Notes: generated by a model not told the origin, from the letters alone. DNA of 64,000 nucleotides from Gammaproteobacteria bacterium (GCA_965215365.1 CBDCDS010000003.1:416001-480000), one strand, 5' to 3'. Shown: positions 9,886 to 21,100, counted from the stretch's first letter. Program-made: numbers and translations.

Positions 9886-10172
9886 CTGAACTTGAACTCA
9901 ACCCGGAAACTGTCGCCGCTTGGCAAGCGTACCAGTCCATGAGCACCGGCAAGGACGCCTACTTCTCCCTGCTGCAAGCCCTAGACGAAAAATACCGCCA
10001 CGGCGGCAACCCCACCATCGCCGAAAACCTGAAGCTGGAACAGCTGCTGGGCGAACACGACCGGAAGGTAAAAGCGTTCAATCAGGCGCTATTAGCCATC
10101 ACCAACCCCGGCGCCAAGCAGCAACTGGTGGAACTGCTGAAGGATACGGCGAATACTGTCACCAGCCATTGA
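9882..10172 (+). CDS. Hypothetical helical protein coupled to fba
   Basis: GTGA overlap with the fba stop; host-like codon usage. Confidence 0.65.
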   Translation: MTELELNPETVAAWQAYQSMSTGKDAYFSLLQALDEKYRHGGNPTIAENLKLEQLLGEHDRKVKAFNQALLAITNPGAKQQLVELLKDTANTVTSH

Positions 10173-10248
10173 TAAATGGAGCACTGACGCATTCTATTGA
10201 TAAACAAATCAACTTGATTATTCAAATTATCATGATAGATTGAACTTT

Positions 10249-11403
10249 ATGTTCAATCGCAACCTCATACTGCCGGCAGCTGGGGTCGAGTCATTTTTTC
10301 TCTGGGGCCCTCGCCAAACGGGAAAGAGCACGTTACTTCGGCATACTTACAAAGATGCGCGCTGGGTTGACCTGTTAAAGTCTGAGGAATTTCGCAGGTA
10401 CATCGCTCATCCCGAGGCGCTGCGCGAAGAAATTGAAGCAACGGCAACAGACCCGGGGCAGCAGATTGTTATCGACGAGATCCAAAAGGCGCCGGCGCTG
10501 CTGGATGAGGTTCATTGGCTAATCGAGAATCACGGATTACACTTTGCGCTTTGTGGTTCCAGCGCCCGCAAGGTAAAGCGGGGCGCCGCCAACCTGCTGG
10601 GAGGAAGAGCCATTCGTTACGAGTTACACGGACTTTGCGCCGGCGAACTCGGGCCTGACTTTGAACTGGATCGACTACTCAACCATGGCTACCTCCCCCG
10701 CATCTATCAGGCTGACCGACCCAGTCGAATGCTCGATGCGTACATTGCCGATTATCTTAAAGAGGAAGTCGCCGCAGAAGGACTGGTTCGAAATCTGCCG
10801 ACATTCTCAGACTTCCTGGATATCGCGGCATTCAGTGATGGTCAGATAGTCAACTTCTCGAACATTGCCCGTGACTGTGGCGTATCGAGTCATACGGTAA
10901 AAAACTATTTCCGGATTCTGGAAGACACACTGCTCGCCAGCTGGCTGCCTGCTTACCGGACACGACCCAAACGGCGCGTGATCAGCGCGCCCAAGTTTTA
11001 TTTCTCTGATGTCGGGGTTGTCAACCGCCTGGCCCGGCGTGGCGAGTTGTTGGCTGGCTCGGAAAACTACGGCAAGGCCTTCGAGAACTGGGTCTTCCAC
11101 GAGCTATCCACTTATCTCAGCTACCATGAGTCCAATGCAAGACTTTCCTACTGGCGCCTCGCCAGCGGCGTCGAAGTGGACTTTATACTTGGTGATATGC
11201 AAGTCGCCATTGAAGCGAAATCCACCGCCCGCAGCCACGACGGCCACCTCAAGGGCTTACGCAGTATCATTGCGGACTACCCCCGCATCCAGCGCAGGAT
11301 GGTCGTCAGCCGAGAAGCCCGGGCGCGTAAAACCAGCGACGGTATAGAGGTGATGCCAGCAGCAGATTTTGTTGAACGACTCTGGGGCGGAGATATTCTC
11401 TGA
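10249..11403 (+). CDS. AAA_14 ATPase with DUF4143 / PD-(D/E)XK C-terminus
   Basis: GPRQTGKS Walker A, IVIDEIQ Walker B, PKFYFSDVG, EVDFIL..AIEAKS. Confidence 0.88.
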   Translation: MFNRNLILPAAGVESFFLWGPRQTGKSTLLRHTYKDARWVDLLKSEEFRRYIAHPEALREEIEATATDPGQQIVIDEIQKAPALLDEVHWLIENHGLHFALCGSSARKVKRGAANLLGGRAIRYELHGLCAGELGPDFELDRLLNHGYLPRIYQADRPSRMLDAYIADYLKEEVAAEGLVRNLPTFSDFLDIAAFSDGQIVNFSNIARDCGVSSHTVKNYFRILEDTLLASWLPAYRTRPKRRVISAPKFYFSDVGVVNRLARRGELLAGSENYGKAFENWVFHELSTYLSYHESNARLSYWRLASGVEVDFILGDMQVAIEAKSTARSHDGHLKGLRSIIADYPRIQRRMVVSREARARKTSDGIEVMPAADFVERLWGGDIL

Positions 11404-11500
11404 CACCTCTGACTAGTTCAGCGGGAGCGACTAGCCTCCGATGCAGTGCGCCTTGCCACAATAAAAGGGGCTGAAAGATGGTCTGCAAAGATAGCCACGC

Positions 11501-11587
11501 ATCATCGAACTGCAAAAAGAATACCGAACCGAGTTGATTTCCGAGGCAATGACAGGCAAGATTAAAGTGCCGGGATTACCAACCTAG
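11501..11587 (+). pseudogene. hsdS: hsdS C-terminal remnant
   Basis: IIELQKEYRTELISEAMTGKIKV* matches the conserved HsdS tail. Confidence 0.7.
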
Positions 11588-11598
11588 GAGGTGTCCGC

Positions 11599-13281
11599 AT
11601 GAGTGAGTTTATGCTAATGGAACCTGCCAACCAGACCTTTTCCGAACTGCTGAGTAACGGCGTTAAATACACCGTGCCGCGTTTCCAACGCGATTACTCA
11701 TGGGAACAGGAACAGTGGGAAGACTTATGGGCGGATATTGAAGGTCTGGAACAGGAAGGCTTCCACTACATGGGCTACATCGTATTACAACGGAAAAACC
11801 AGCAGGATTTTGAAGTGATAGACGGTCAACAGCGTCTGGTTACGCTATCTTTGCTGACCCTGGCCACAATGCGACATATTCAGGGATTGATTGAGAACGG
11901 TGAAGACGCTGATAAAAACCAGGAGCGTTTGGAAGAAATAACGAACCGGTATATTGGTTCGAAGGATATTGTATCGTTAAGAGTCAGTAACAGGTTGACG
12001 CTGAATCGCAATAATGGCCGCTTCTTCAAAGACATTTGTTCCAACCTGCATCCCCCTCAACAGCGGGGCATTACCGCAACTAATAATCTTCTCAGGCGAG
12101 CATTCAAATTTTTCTACGATAAAAATGTAGGCGGTAGTGGCGAGGAAATTGCTGAATTTATTAACAGGTTTTCATCCGGGCTAATTTTTACAAAAATTGT
12201 AGTGCAAGACAACCTGAACGCGTACAAGGTATTTGCAACCCTCAATGCCAGAGGAGTACAGCTTTCCACTCCCGACTTATTGAAAAACTATATTTTTTCG
12301 GTGGTTACCCAAAATGATGACGTCTCCGACGAGACTCTGGATGATCTTGATGAAACATGGTCTGGCATCCTGACCCAACTCGGTGAAAATGATTTTACTG
12401 ATTTCGTGCGCTACCACCATAATTCTCATAAGCCACTGATAAGCAAAAAAGAGTTATTCAAATCGGTCAGGCAACTTTATTCGGCCCCCGCCGCGGCGCA
12501 TGAGTACCTGAGATCGCTAACGGAAGCTGTTCCGGTCTACGCATCATTGTCCAATCCTTATGATGAATGGTGGCAACAGGAAACCGGCAAATATCGGGAT
12601 GCCGTTCATTTCCTGGATGGCCTGAAACTGTTTGGCATCCGGCAACCTTACACGATATTGATGGCGGCGTTCACCAACAAATTTTCACCGGAAGAATTTG
12701 TCAAAACGCTGAAATACATCTATATCCTGTCCATTCGTTATAACGTCATTTGCAGCTATTCACCCAGCGAGCAGGAAAAACGCTATAACAACATAGCCAT
12801 GAAAATAGCCCAGGGAGAATACCAACGCGCAAGTCACGTAAAAAAAAGCCCTGATTTTCGAGCGCTCTATCCTGCCGACGAAGTATTCAGGAATATCTTC
12901 GAGTACTGCAAATTGCCAAGTCGTCGTTCATCCAAAAAAATCCGTTTTTTATTAGCGGAGATAGAAAATAATGAGGGTGGTAACGTGGGATACTTAGATA
13001 CAACGCTTGAGCATATCTGTCCTTACAACCCCGACCAGGAGTGGTATCAGCATTTTGGTGAAGCAGCAAATGATATTGCTGACAGGTTGGGCAACATGGT
13101 TCTATTGAACCGGGATGAACTTGAACGCATGGATTTCACCACTAAGAAAATGCACTATCTCAAGACACCTTTCAAACTTGCCAAAAAGGTAGCCGAGTAT
13201 GAGCGCTGGGATCCGACCAGCCTGAACCATTATCAGTCTTGGCTTGCTGATCAGGCAGTACGAACCTGGCGAGTGGATTGA
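11599..13281 (+). CDS. GmrSD-like DUF262/DUF1524 protein (putative type IV restriction)
   Basis: VPRFQRDYSW, IDGQQRL, F.TLNARG, LEHICP..LGNMVLL. GC is lower than in the flanks. Confidence 0.85.
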   Translation: MSEFMLMEPANQTFSELLSNGVKYTVPRFQRDYSWEQEQWEDLWADIEGLEQEGFHYMGYIVLQRKNQQDFEVIDGQQRLVTLSLLTLATMRHIQGLIENGEDADKNQERLEEITNRYIGSKDIVSLRVSNRLTLNRNNGRFFKDICSNLHPPQQRGITATNNLLRRAFKFFYDKNVGGSGEEIAEFINRFSSGLIFTKIVVQDNLNAYKVFATLNARGVQLSTPDLLKNYIFSVVTQNDDVSDETLDDLDETWSGILTQLGENDFTDFVRYHHNSHKPLISKKELFKSVRQLYSAPAAAHEYLRSLTEAVPVYASLSNPYDEWWQQETGKYRDAVHFLDGLKLFGIRQPYTILMAAFTNKFSPEEFVKTLKYIYILSIRYNVICSYSPSEQEKRYNNIAMKIAQGEYQRASHVKKSPDFRALYPADEVFRNIFEYCKLPSRRSSKKIRFLLAEIENNEGGNVGYLDTTLEHICPYNPDQEWYQHFGEAANDIADRLGNMVLLNRDELERMDFTTKKMHYLKTPFKLAKKVAEYERWDPTSLNHYQSWLADQAVRTWRVD

Positions 13282-13362
13282 TGGATGTGGGACATAACCA
13301 GACAAAAGGCAGTAGGTCAGATTGCCAGCTCTTTGGTTTGCAGTATGGAGACATTCATAGTG

Positions 13363-14151
13363 CTACCTGCCCCGCCCCGACCAGCGGCGGGCGGCGTTTT
13401 CCAGTTGTGTGTCGTGGCCTTGCGGCCAGCGGGTGACGCGTTTGCTCCAGCGTTTGGAGCCGTGGGCTTTGTGCAGCAAGGTGACGTTACCGCGTTTGAA
13501 GAACGGGATCAGCGCCATGCCGGCGAGGAAGCCGCCGATGTGGGCGAACCAGGCTACGCCGCCGCCTTCTGATGAGGTGAGCGCCGAGCTGATGAGCTGC
13601 ATGGCAAACCACAGGCCCAGTACCCACAGCGCCGGCAGTCTTACCAGCTGCATGAAAAAACCCAGGGGGATCAGCACCAGCACCCGGGCCTGGGGATAGA
13701 GCAACAGGTACGCACCCAACACACCGGAAATGGCGCCGCTGGCGCCAATCATGGGGATCTCGGAGGCCGGGTTTTGCATGACCTGACCGAACACGGCGGC
13801 GATACCGCACAGCAGGTAGAACACGATGAAGCGGCCATGCCCCATCGCATCTTCCACGTTATTCCCGAAGATCCACAAAAACAGCATGTTACCGGCCAGA
13901 TGCATGAAGCCGCCGTGCAGAAACATGGAAGTGAATACGGTCAGGGTGGGCGGCACCACGGACAGTTCCGGGGGCAGCGCCGCCTGGTCCAATAACACCG
14001 CCGGGATGACGCCTAAGGCATAGACTGCGGCCTGGTAGCCCTGCGTGCCCAGCGACATCTGCCACAGGAACACCAGCACGCAGGCGGCGATGAAGGTGAC
14101 GGTCAACGCCGGGAAGATTTGAGTGGGATTGTCGTCGTGGAGCGGGATCAT
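13363..14151 (-). CDS. Rhomboid intramembrane serine protease
   Basis: SMFLHGGFMHLAGNM, GASGAISG, AHIGGF. Confidence 0.92.
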   Translation of the reverse strand: MIPLHDDNPTQIFPALTVTFIAACVLVFLWQMSLGTQGYQAAVYALGVIPAVLLDQAALPPELSVVPPTLTVFTSMFLHGGFMHLAGNMLFLWIFGNNVEDAMGHGRFIVFYLLCGIAAVFGQVMQNPASEIPMIGASGAISGVLGAYLLLYPQARVLVLIPLGFFMQLVRLPALWVLGLWFAMQLISSALTSSEGGGVAWFAHIGGFLAGMALIPFFKRGNVTLLHKAHGSKRWSKRVTRWPQGHDTQLENAARRWSGRGR

Positions 14152-14177
14152 GGGGCAAAGGGAATCCGTTTTCTACC

Positions 14178-14203
14178 GGATTCCTGCTTGCGCAGGAATG
14201 ACG
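14178..14203 (-). repeat. REP-like CGTCATTCC..GGAATCC palindromic repeat
   Basis: GGATTCCTGCTTGCGCAGGAATGACG; relatives at 15227, 23523 and 51971. Confidence 0.7.
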
Positions 14204-14264
14204 GGTGTGGCATTGATAACCGGTGCGGCAAAGGTGATGATTTCAGCGCTTTCACTGTGGCGAT

Positions 14265-15161
14265 TTATCCGTCCAGCAGTCGATCTTGCGCTTCCCGGTA
14301 CTTGGCTGCGGTGCGGTCGATGACTTCCTGCGGCAGGGCCGGGCCGGGGGCTTGTTTGTTCCAGTCCCGGGTTTCAAGATAATCCCTCAAGTATTGCTTG
14401 TCGAAGCTGGGCGGGCTGATGCCGACGCGGTAGGAGGCCGCCGGCCAGAAACGAGATGAATCCGGCGTCAATACCTCATCGATCAGGTATAGATCGTTGT
14501 TGGCGTCGAGGCCGAATTCCAGTTTGGTGTCGGCGATGATGATGCCTCTTTGCGCGGCATACTGCGCGGCCTGTTGATAGATGGTCAGACTGAGCCTGCG
14601 CACCTTTTCGGCCAGCTCGGCGCCCAGCAGTTCGACGGCTTGTGCAAAGCTGATATTTTCATCGTGGGCGCCAGCTGCGGCTTTGGTGGAAGGCGTGAAT
14701 ATGGGTTCCGACAGTTGCTGCGCCTGTTGCAGGCCCGCCGGCAACTCGATGCCACAGACTGCGCCGGTACGCTGGTAGTCTTTCCAGCCGGAGCCGATGA
14801 TATAGCCGCGCACGATGGCTTCCACCGGCAACGGCGACAGCCTTTTCACCACAATGGCGCGCCCGGCAAGCTGCCTAGCTTCGTCTGCGCCGAGGCCGAT
14901 GGCATCTAGGCCGCGGCCGGTGAGGTGGTTGTCAAGCAGCTGCCGCGTGCGCGCAAACCAGAAATTGGACACCGTAGTCAGCACCCTGCCCTTGCCCGGA
15001 ATCGGGTCGGGCAACACCACATCGAAGGCGGAGATACGGTCGCTGGTGACGATCAGCAGGTGGTCATCGTCCACCGCGTAGATGTCACGCACCTTGCCCT
15101 GGTTCAACAGCGACAGGCCGCTGATTTCGGATTGATAAAGAGATGTGTTTGAGTTTGACAT
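14265..15161 (-). CDS. purC: SAICAR synthase
   Basis: [38 protein letters not shown] precedes the ATG at 15161. Confidence 0.95.
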   Translation of the reverse strand: MSNSNTSLYQSEISGLSLLNQGKVRDIYAVDDDHLLIVTSDRISAFDVVLPDPIPGKGRVLTTVSNFWFARTRQLLDNHLTGRGLDAIGLGADEARQLAGRAIVVKRLSPLPVEAIVRGYIIGSGWKDYQRTGAVCGIELPAGLQQAQQLSEPIFTPSTKAAAGAHDENISFAQAVELLGAELAEKVRRLSLTIYQQAAQYAAQRGIIIADTKLEFGLDANNDLYLIDEVLTPDSSRFWPAASYRVGISPPSFDKQYLRDYLETRDWNKQAPGPALPQEVIDRTAAKYREAQDRLLDG

Positions 15162-15226
15162 CCTGGCTCCTGATAAAGTGTTTACTGTTTTGTGGCTGTG
15201 TCGGCCTTGCTCGTCCCCTAATTCTT

Positions 15227-15252
15227 GATTCCGGGTCAAGCCCGGAATGACG
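15227..15252 (-). repeat. REP-like repeat
   Basis: GATTCCGGGTCAAGCCCGGAATGACG. Confidence 0.7.
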
Positions 15253-15272
15253 AGCGGAGTGGAATATATCGG

Positions 15273-16949
15273 TCATCCCTTACCCATCTTCACCCAGCTA
15301 TCGCGTAGCGTAACGATGCGGTTAAACACCGGCTGCTCTGGCTGCCAGTCCTGCCGATCGGCACAGAAGTAGCCCAGTCGCTCAAACTGGAAGCGCTGTT
15401 CCGGCGCGGCTCGGGCCAAGTCGGGTTCGAGCAAGCAATCATCCAGTATCTCCAGGGAAGCCGGGTTAAGACAGGATTTCCAGTCCTGCTCGCCCTGGTC
15501 GGGATTGGCAACGGCAAACAGCCGGTCATACAGCCGCACCTGCGCCGGCTGCGCGTGCCGGGCCGACACCCAGTGCAGCGTGCCCTTGACTTTGCGGCCG
15601 TCGGGGGCGTTGCCGCCGCGCGTGGCCGGATCATAGCTGCAACGCAACTCCAGCACGGCGCCGCTAGCCGCATCCCTGATGACCTCGTTACAGGTGATGA
15701 AATAGGCATAGCGCAGCCGCACTTCCCGGCCTGGCGCCAGACGGAAGAACTTCTTCGGCGCATCCTCCATGAAATCATCCTGTTCAATATAGAGTACTTT
15801 GCCGAACGGTACCTGACGCGTGCCCAGGGCCGGGTCCTGCGGATGGTTGGCGGCGTCCAGCAGTTCTTCCTGGTCGTCCGGATAGTTTTCGATGACCACT
15901 TTCAGCGGGCGTAACACCGCCATGCGGCGCGGTGCGGTAACGCCCAGCTCCTCGCGGATGGCATGCTCTAACATACTGGCGTCTATCCAGGTGTCATTTT
16001 TGGTCAGGCCGATGCGCGCACAGAAGGTGCGCAAGGAATGCGGGGTAAACCCGCGCCGGCGCAGACCGGACAGGGTGGGCATACGCGGGTCGTCCCAGCC
16101 GCGTACGTGGCCGTCCTCCACCAGTTCGACCAGCTTGCGCTTGCTCAGCACCGTGTACTCTAGGTTAAGGCGGGCAAACTCATACTGGCGCGGGCGGGCC
16201 GGCGTATCCAGGTTGTCGATAAACCAGTCGTACAATGGCCGGTGATCCTCAAATTCCAGGCTGCACAGGGAGTGGGTCACATGTTCCAGCGCATCCGACA
16301 GGCAATGGGTAAAATCGTACATGGGGTAAATGCACCAGGCCGCGCCGGCGCGGTAGTGCGGGGTCTTGCGAATGCGGTAAATCACCGGGTCGCGCAGGTT
16401 CAGGTTGGGCGCGCGCATATCGATCTTTGCTCGCAGCGACAGTTCGCCGTCGGCAAACTCCCCGGCTTTCATCCGCCGGAACAGGTCCAGGTTTTCGGCT
16501 ACCGGCCGTTCCCGGTAGGGGCTGTCCAGGCCCGGTTCGGTCAAGGTGCCGCGGTACTCTCGCATCTGCTCGGCGCTCAGCGCGTCCACATAGGCCTTGC
16601 CCTGCTCGATCAGTGCAACGGCAAACTCAAATAAGCGGGTGAAATAGTCCGAGGCAAAAAACAGCCGGTCCTCCCAGTCGAACCCCAGCCAGCGCACATC
16701 TTCCTGTATCGCTTCGACGTATTTCAGGTCTTCTTTTTCCGGGTTGGTGTCGTCCAGGCGCAGGTTGCACTTGCCCTGATATTCTGTGGCCATACCGAAA
16801 TTCAGGCAGATGGCCTTGGCATGACCGATATGCAGGTAGCCGTTGGGTTCCGGGGGGAAACGCGTGTGGATGCCGGCGGGACAACGGCCTTGGGCGATGT
16901 CATCCTCGATGATCTTGCGGATAAAGTGTGTGGGAGTCGAATTATTCAT
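15273..16949 (-). CDS. glnS: Glutamine--tRNA ligase
   Basis: [32 protein letters not shown]. Confidence 0.97.
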   Translation of the reverse strand: MNNSTPTHFIRKIIEDDIAQGRCPAGIHTRFPPEPNGYLHIGHAKAICLNFGMATEYQGKCNLRLDDTNPEKEDLKYVEAIQEDVRWLGFDWEDRLFFASDYFTRLFEFAVALIEQGKAYVDALSAEQMREYRGTLTEPGLDSPYRERPVAENLDLFRRMKAGEFADGELSLRAKIDMRAPNLNLRDPVIYRIRKTPHYRAGAAWCIYPMYDFTHCLSDALEHVTHSLCSLEFEDHRPLYDWFIDNLDTPARPRQYEFARLNLEYTVLSKRKLVELVEDGHVRGWDDPRMPTLSGLRRRGFTPHSLRTFCARIGLTKNDTWIDASMLEHAIREELGVTAPRRMAVLRPLKVVIENYPDDQEELLDAANHPQDPALGTRQVPFGKVLYIEQDDFMEDAPKKFFRLAPGREVRLRYAYFITCNEVIRDAASGAVLELRCSYDPATRGGNAPDGRKVKGTLHWVSARHAQPAQVRLYDRLFAVANPDQGEQDWKSCLNPASLEILDDCLLEPDLARAAPEQRFQFERLGYFCADRQDWQPEQPVFNRIVTLRDSWVKMGKG

Positions 16950-16979
16950 TGTCCACTATGACGAACCTGAACATCAGTG

Positions 16980-19628
16980 TCATAAATCGGGCAAATCACC
17001 CGCCATGCCAGCGGCGCGGCGCATGGTCAGATTTTTCAGCACCGGCAAGGAGTTATACAATTTCATTCCGGCATTCCTCAACGCCGGGACGGGCACGATC
17101 TGGTTTTCAAACAGATATTTTAACCCTTCTAGGGTCATCATGACCATAACATTTTCACCCTTGCGCCAACGCTCGTACTTTCTCAGCGCCACCCTGCCGC
17201 CGGGGTCACGCCCGGCGCGCCTGGCCGCGCCGATGACCTGGCACAAGGCGGCCACATCCAGCAGCCCCAGGTTGGCGCCCATGCCGGCCAATGGGTGAAC
17301 GCAATGCGCGGCGTCGCCGACCAGGGCAACACGCTCGGCACAGTAGCGTTGTGCCTGCGCTCTTTGCAGCGGAAAACTCTGTCTGAGCTCGACCCCACAG
17401 ACCGCGCCCAGGGTATGCTCGAATGCCTCTGCCAACGCGCGCTGAAACGTCGCCGCGTGCATGCTCAGCAACGCTTGTGCATGGTCGGGTGCGGTGGACC
17501 AGACCACTCCACAACGGTTGCGGTCGGCCATAGGCAGGAAGGCCAACGGGCCGTTCGTCAGGAAGCGCTGGCGGGCAACCTGCGCGTGCTGCAACTCTGT
17601 CTGCACAATACCGGCCACGGCTGTTTGCCGATAGCGGCGCACAGGATACCCGATACCGGCAAGCTGCCGCACCTGCGAGCGGGCGCCATCGGCGGCCACC
17701 AGCAGTTTTGCTGACAGCTGGCGACCGTCACTCAGCGCCACGCGCACGGCATTGCCCACCTCACTGAGCCGAGTCGGTTCGGCGCCGGCATGTATCGAAA
17801 TACCAGGCTGTGTTGCCCGAACTGCCTCCAGCGCGGCCGCCAGTACACTCTGCACGACGATATACCCCAGAGTCGGCAGGCCGATAGCGGCGCTGTCAAA
17901 GCACAACGCGCCGGCACCGTTCGCATCCCACACCTGCATTTGCCGGAAGCGACCGAGATCCTGCTCTGCCAGTAACGGCCAGACCTGCACCGTGTTGAGA
18001 ATTTGCCTGGATGCCGGAGTCAGCGCCAGCGCCCGGGCATCTTGGGCCGGCACGTCTTGGGTGCGCGCGCCTTGTACCGGCGTTGCGGTTGCCGGCCGGG
18101 CGCTGCGTTCGACCAGGATACAGTCCATACCGTGCGCCGCCGCCAGTAACGCCATGACGCTGCCGATGACGCCACCGCCGACGATGAGAAGTTCCGTATC
18201 CGGGGGCCGAGATGATGAGAGCCGAGATGATGAGGAGCGGGATAGTGGTTCGCCTGATGGCACGGTGTGAGACAGCGCGGCGTTGCGGTTGCCGGTCGGA
18301 ACCTGCGGGCTCGGGCCCGCCGTTCCCCGCGCCAGCCGTTGCCCGGCGGTAATTGCGGCCGGTTTCCGGTCCGCAGCTTGCAGTCCTGTACCGCGCAACT
18401 CCACGCCCGGGAAGTGCAGGCCCGTGGCACGGCGTATGAACGCCTGCTTAAAGCCAGGCAAGGTGTCCAGCGCCAGCATTGCGCCGGCGCGTAACGCGGT
18501 CGGCAGCGGGCGTCCCGTAGCGGAGATTTTTTGCAGCGTGTCGGTAAAACGGACAATGCGGTGCTGGTCGACCTGCCGGCATGAGGCGTAGTTGTCCAGC
18601 AGCGCCGGCGCGCCCACATCGCCGCCATCCCGTAGCGTCTCCCGCACCAACCTGGCCAGCGTCGCCGTGTCCCGCAGTGCCAGATTCAGCCCCTGGGCAC
18701 CGTTGGGGTGGATGGTATGGGCTGCGTTACCCAGCAGTACGACCCGTGCCGCCACCTGTCGTTCGGGCTGCAACAAAAACAGCGGCCAGGACTGCCTGGA
18801 GCCCGCCTCGGAGAAGGCGCCCAGGCGCTTGCCGAAAGTCTGTTGCAGTAAGCGCAGATAGCCATCATCATCCAGTTGCAGGTGATGTGCGGCGGTGGCC
18901 GCCGGCGCCACCAGTACCGTGACACAACGCCGGCCGCCGGGTAACGGCAACAGGGCTATCAGCCCGCCGGGAATAACGCGCTCGTAGGCTGTGTTACGGT
19001 GTTCCCGTGCCACAGTGACGTTGGCGACGATAGCGGTCTGCCGGTAGTCATGCGTCCTGGTCTGAATCCCGACCGCCGCTCTGAGCTGGGAGCGGGCGCC
19101 GTCGGCGATTACCAGCAGCCGGCAGCTGAGCGCAATCTCGGCACCGGCCTGCCGCACCTGTACTGAAATGGAAGCAGGATTATGCTCCACTGCTTGCGCC
19201 GTCGCAGGACAGAGCAGGTCGATGTTGGCGCGCCCCCCTAGTTGCTCGAACAACACCCGCCCCAGTGCCGGCGCGGGAACCACGTACCCCAGTGCCTCCA
19301 GGTCGAGCATGGCGGCAGTCAGCCGCACACAACCGAGACGGCCGCGGGCACTGATGTGCACCTGTTCAACAGGACCTGCGAGTGGCTGCAGTTGCCGCCA
19401 TAATCCCAGCTCATCTAGTATTTTTCGCGAGGACTGTGCCAGGGCGATACCCCTGGCGTCATCACCGTGGGGCCGGGTGTCATGGGGCCCGGCATCATGG
19501 GGATGTACGCTACGCGCCGGCTGCGCCTCAACCAACGCAATATGCACATTCTCCCCGGCCAGGGCACAGGCAAGCCCGGCCCCCGCCAAACCGCCGCCAA
19601 TAATTACGATGTCGTAATTGTATGTCAC
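16980..19628 (-). CDS. In-frame fusion of two UbiH/UbiI(VisC)-family FAD monooxygenases
   Basis: Two GxGxxG starts (IIGGGLAG, IVGGGVIG), two ADG.RS motifs and two G[ND]AAH..HP..G.G.NL motifs. It occupies the ubiH-visC position after pepP. Confidence 0.85.
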   Translation of the reverse strand: MTYNYDIVIIGGGLAGAGLACALAGENVHIALVEAQPARSVHPHDAGPHDTRPHGDDARGIALAQSSRKILDELGLWRQLQPLAGPVEQVHISARGRLGCVRLTAAMLDLEALGYVVPAPALGRVLFEQLGGRANIDLLCPATAQAVEHNPASISVQVRQAGAEIALSCRLLVIADGARSQLRAAVGIQTRTHDYRQTAIVANVTVAREHRNTAYERVIPGGLIALLPLPGGRRCVTVLVAPAATAAHHLQLDDDGYLRLLQQTFGKRLGAFSEAGSRQSWPLFLLQPERQVAARVVLLGNAAHTIHPNGAQGLNLALRDTATLARLVRETLRDGGDVGAPALLDNYASCRQVDQHRIVRFTDTLQKISATGRPLPTALRAGAMLALDTLPGFKQAFIRRATGLHFPGVELRGTGLQAADRKPAAITAGQRLARGTAGPSPQVPTGNRNAALSHTVPSGEPLSRSSSSRLSSSRPPDTELLIVGGGVIGSVMALLAAAHGMDCILVERSARPATATPVQGARTQDVPAQDARALALTPASRQILNTVQVWPLLAEQDLGRFRQMQVWDANGAGALCFDSAAIGLPTLGYIVVQSVLAAALEAVRATQPGISIHAGAEPTRLSEVGNAVRVALSDGRQLSAKLLVAADGARSQVRQLAGIGYPVRRYRQTAVAGIVQTELQHAQVARQRFLTNGPLAFLPMADRNRCGVVWSTAPDHAQALLSMHAATFQRALAEAFEHTLGAVCGVELRQSFPLQRAQAQRYCAERVALVGDAAHCVHPLAGMGANLGLLDVAALCQVIGAARRAGRDPGGRVALRKYERWRKGENVMVMMTLEGLKYLFENQIVPVPALRNAGMKLYNSLPVLKNLTMRRAAGMAGDLPDL

Positions 19629-19658
19629 GGCATTTCATCGATATGCAGAGGCACAGAA

Positions 19659-20966
19659 TCAGTTGGTCGCCATCACCGCCTCGATCTCTGTGATGGTTTT
19701 CGGCGTGTCCTTGCTCAGCACCTCGTGGCCGGTTTTTGTCACCAGCACGTCATCCTCGATGCGCACGCCGATGTTCCACCAGGCCTCGGCCAGCTCCTCC
19801 TGCGGCTGGAGATACAACCCCGGTTCGATAGTCAGCGTCATACCCGGTTCCAGCAAACGCCATTCCTCGCCGATCTTGTAATCACCCACATCGTGCACAT
19901 CCATACCCAGCCAGTGCCCGGTCTTGTGCATGAAATAGGGCTTGTAGGCTTCCTGTTCCTGCAAGGCCTCCGGGGACCCCTTGAGAATCCCCAGGTCAAC
20001 CAGCCCGTCAGTGAGCACCGCCACCGCTGCCTTGTGCGGCTGGTCCCAGTGGTTTCCCGGCCGCACCGCATCAATGGCGGCCAGCTGCGCGGCCAGCACC
20101 AGCTCATACACGGCCTGCTGGCGGCTGCTGAAGCGGCCGTTGACGGGAAAGCTGCGGGTCACGTCGCTGGCGTAACAGTCGTACTCGGCACCGGCGTCAA
20201 TTAACAGGATGTCCCCATCCTGCATTTCCCTGGTGTTATCGCTGTAATGCAGCACACAACTGTTGGCACCGCTGCCAACGATGCAGGGATAGGCCGCGCT
20301 GTGGGCGCCCTGGCGCATGAACTCATGCAACAGTTCGGCTTCGATCTGGTACTCCATCAGGCCCGGTCGGCATACCTGCATGGCGCGTCTGTGGGCAGCA
20401 GCCGTTATTGCCGCCGCTTTACGCAGCTTGCCGAGTTCTGCGCGGCTCTTGTACAGACGCATATCGTGCAGGATGTGGTTCAGGGAAACATATTCCTCCG
20501 GCGCATGCACCCCGCTACGCGCCTTGCTGCGCACCTGGTTGACCCAGCCCAGCACGCGCTGGTCAAATGCGGCGTCATTACCCATGGTGTAATAGATGCG
20601 CTCCCGGTTCTCCAACAAACCGGGCAGGATGTCATCCATATCGGCAAAGGGATAGGCATCATCTGCGCCATAATCGTTACGCGCGCCCTCCAGCCCGGCG
20701 CGCGCGCCGTGCCAGATTTCTTTTTCCGGGTCACGCTCGCGACAGAACAGGATAAACTCCCCCTGTTCCCGACCGGGGATCAGCGCGATCATGGCTTCCG
20801 GCTCGGCAAAACCGGTCAGGTAATAAAAGTCGCTGTCGGGACGATAGCGGAAGGATATGTCCCGATTGCGAATTTTCTCCGGCGCGGCCGGCAGGATGGC
20901 AATGCTGTCGTCCCCCAGCATATCCATAAACTTCTTGCGGCGCTTGCCGTATTCGCTGTGTTTCAT
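19659..20966 (-). CDS. pepP: Xaa-Pro aminopeptidase
   Basis: SDFYYLTGF, IDAGAEYDCYASDVTR, GHWLGMDVHD, RIEDDV. Confidence 0.95.
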   Translation of the reverse strand: MKHSEYGKRRKKFMDMLGDDSIAILPAAPEKIRNRDISFRYRPDSDFYYLTGFAEPEAMIALIPGREQGEFILFCRERDPEKEIWHGARAGLEGARNDYGADDAYPFADMDDILPGLLENRERIYYTMGNDAAFDQRVLGWVNQVRSKARSGVHAPEEYVSLNHILHDMRLYKSRAELGKLRKAAAITAAAHRRAMQVCRPGLMEYQIEAELLHEFMRQGAHSAAYPCIVGSGANSCVLHYSDNTREMQDGDILLIDAGAEYDCYASDVTRSFPVNGRFSSRQQAVYELVLAAQLAAIDAVRPGNHWDQPHKAAVAVLTDGLVDLGILKGSPEALQEQEAYKPYFMHKTGHWLGMDVHDVGDYKIGEEWRLLEPGMTLTIEPGLYLQPQEELAEAWWNIGVRIEDDVLVTKTGHEVLSKDTPKTITEIEAVMATN

Positions 20967-21027
20967 ATATGGCAGTGCGGGTTAAAAGCGTTACCGTACC
21001 GTTATACATGGTTAAAAGCAATCACTC

Positions 21028-21056
21028 TTGACCGTGATACAACTGCGTTTTATATT
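21028..21056 (+). promoter_or_regulatory. sigma70-like promoter TTGACC-17-TATATT
   Basis: Spacing counted directly; lies upstream of the zap genes. Confidence 0.55.
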
Positions 21057-21100
21057 GGTAGCATACTTCGTGGGGGAAAATTCATGACGGGGGCAAAACC

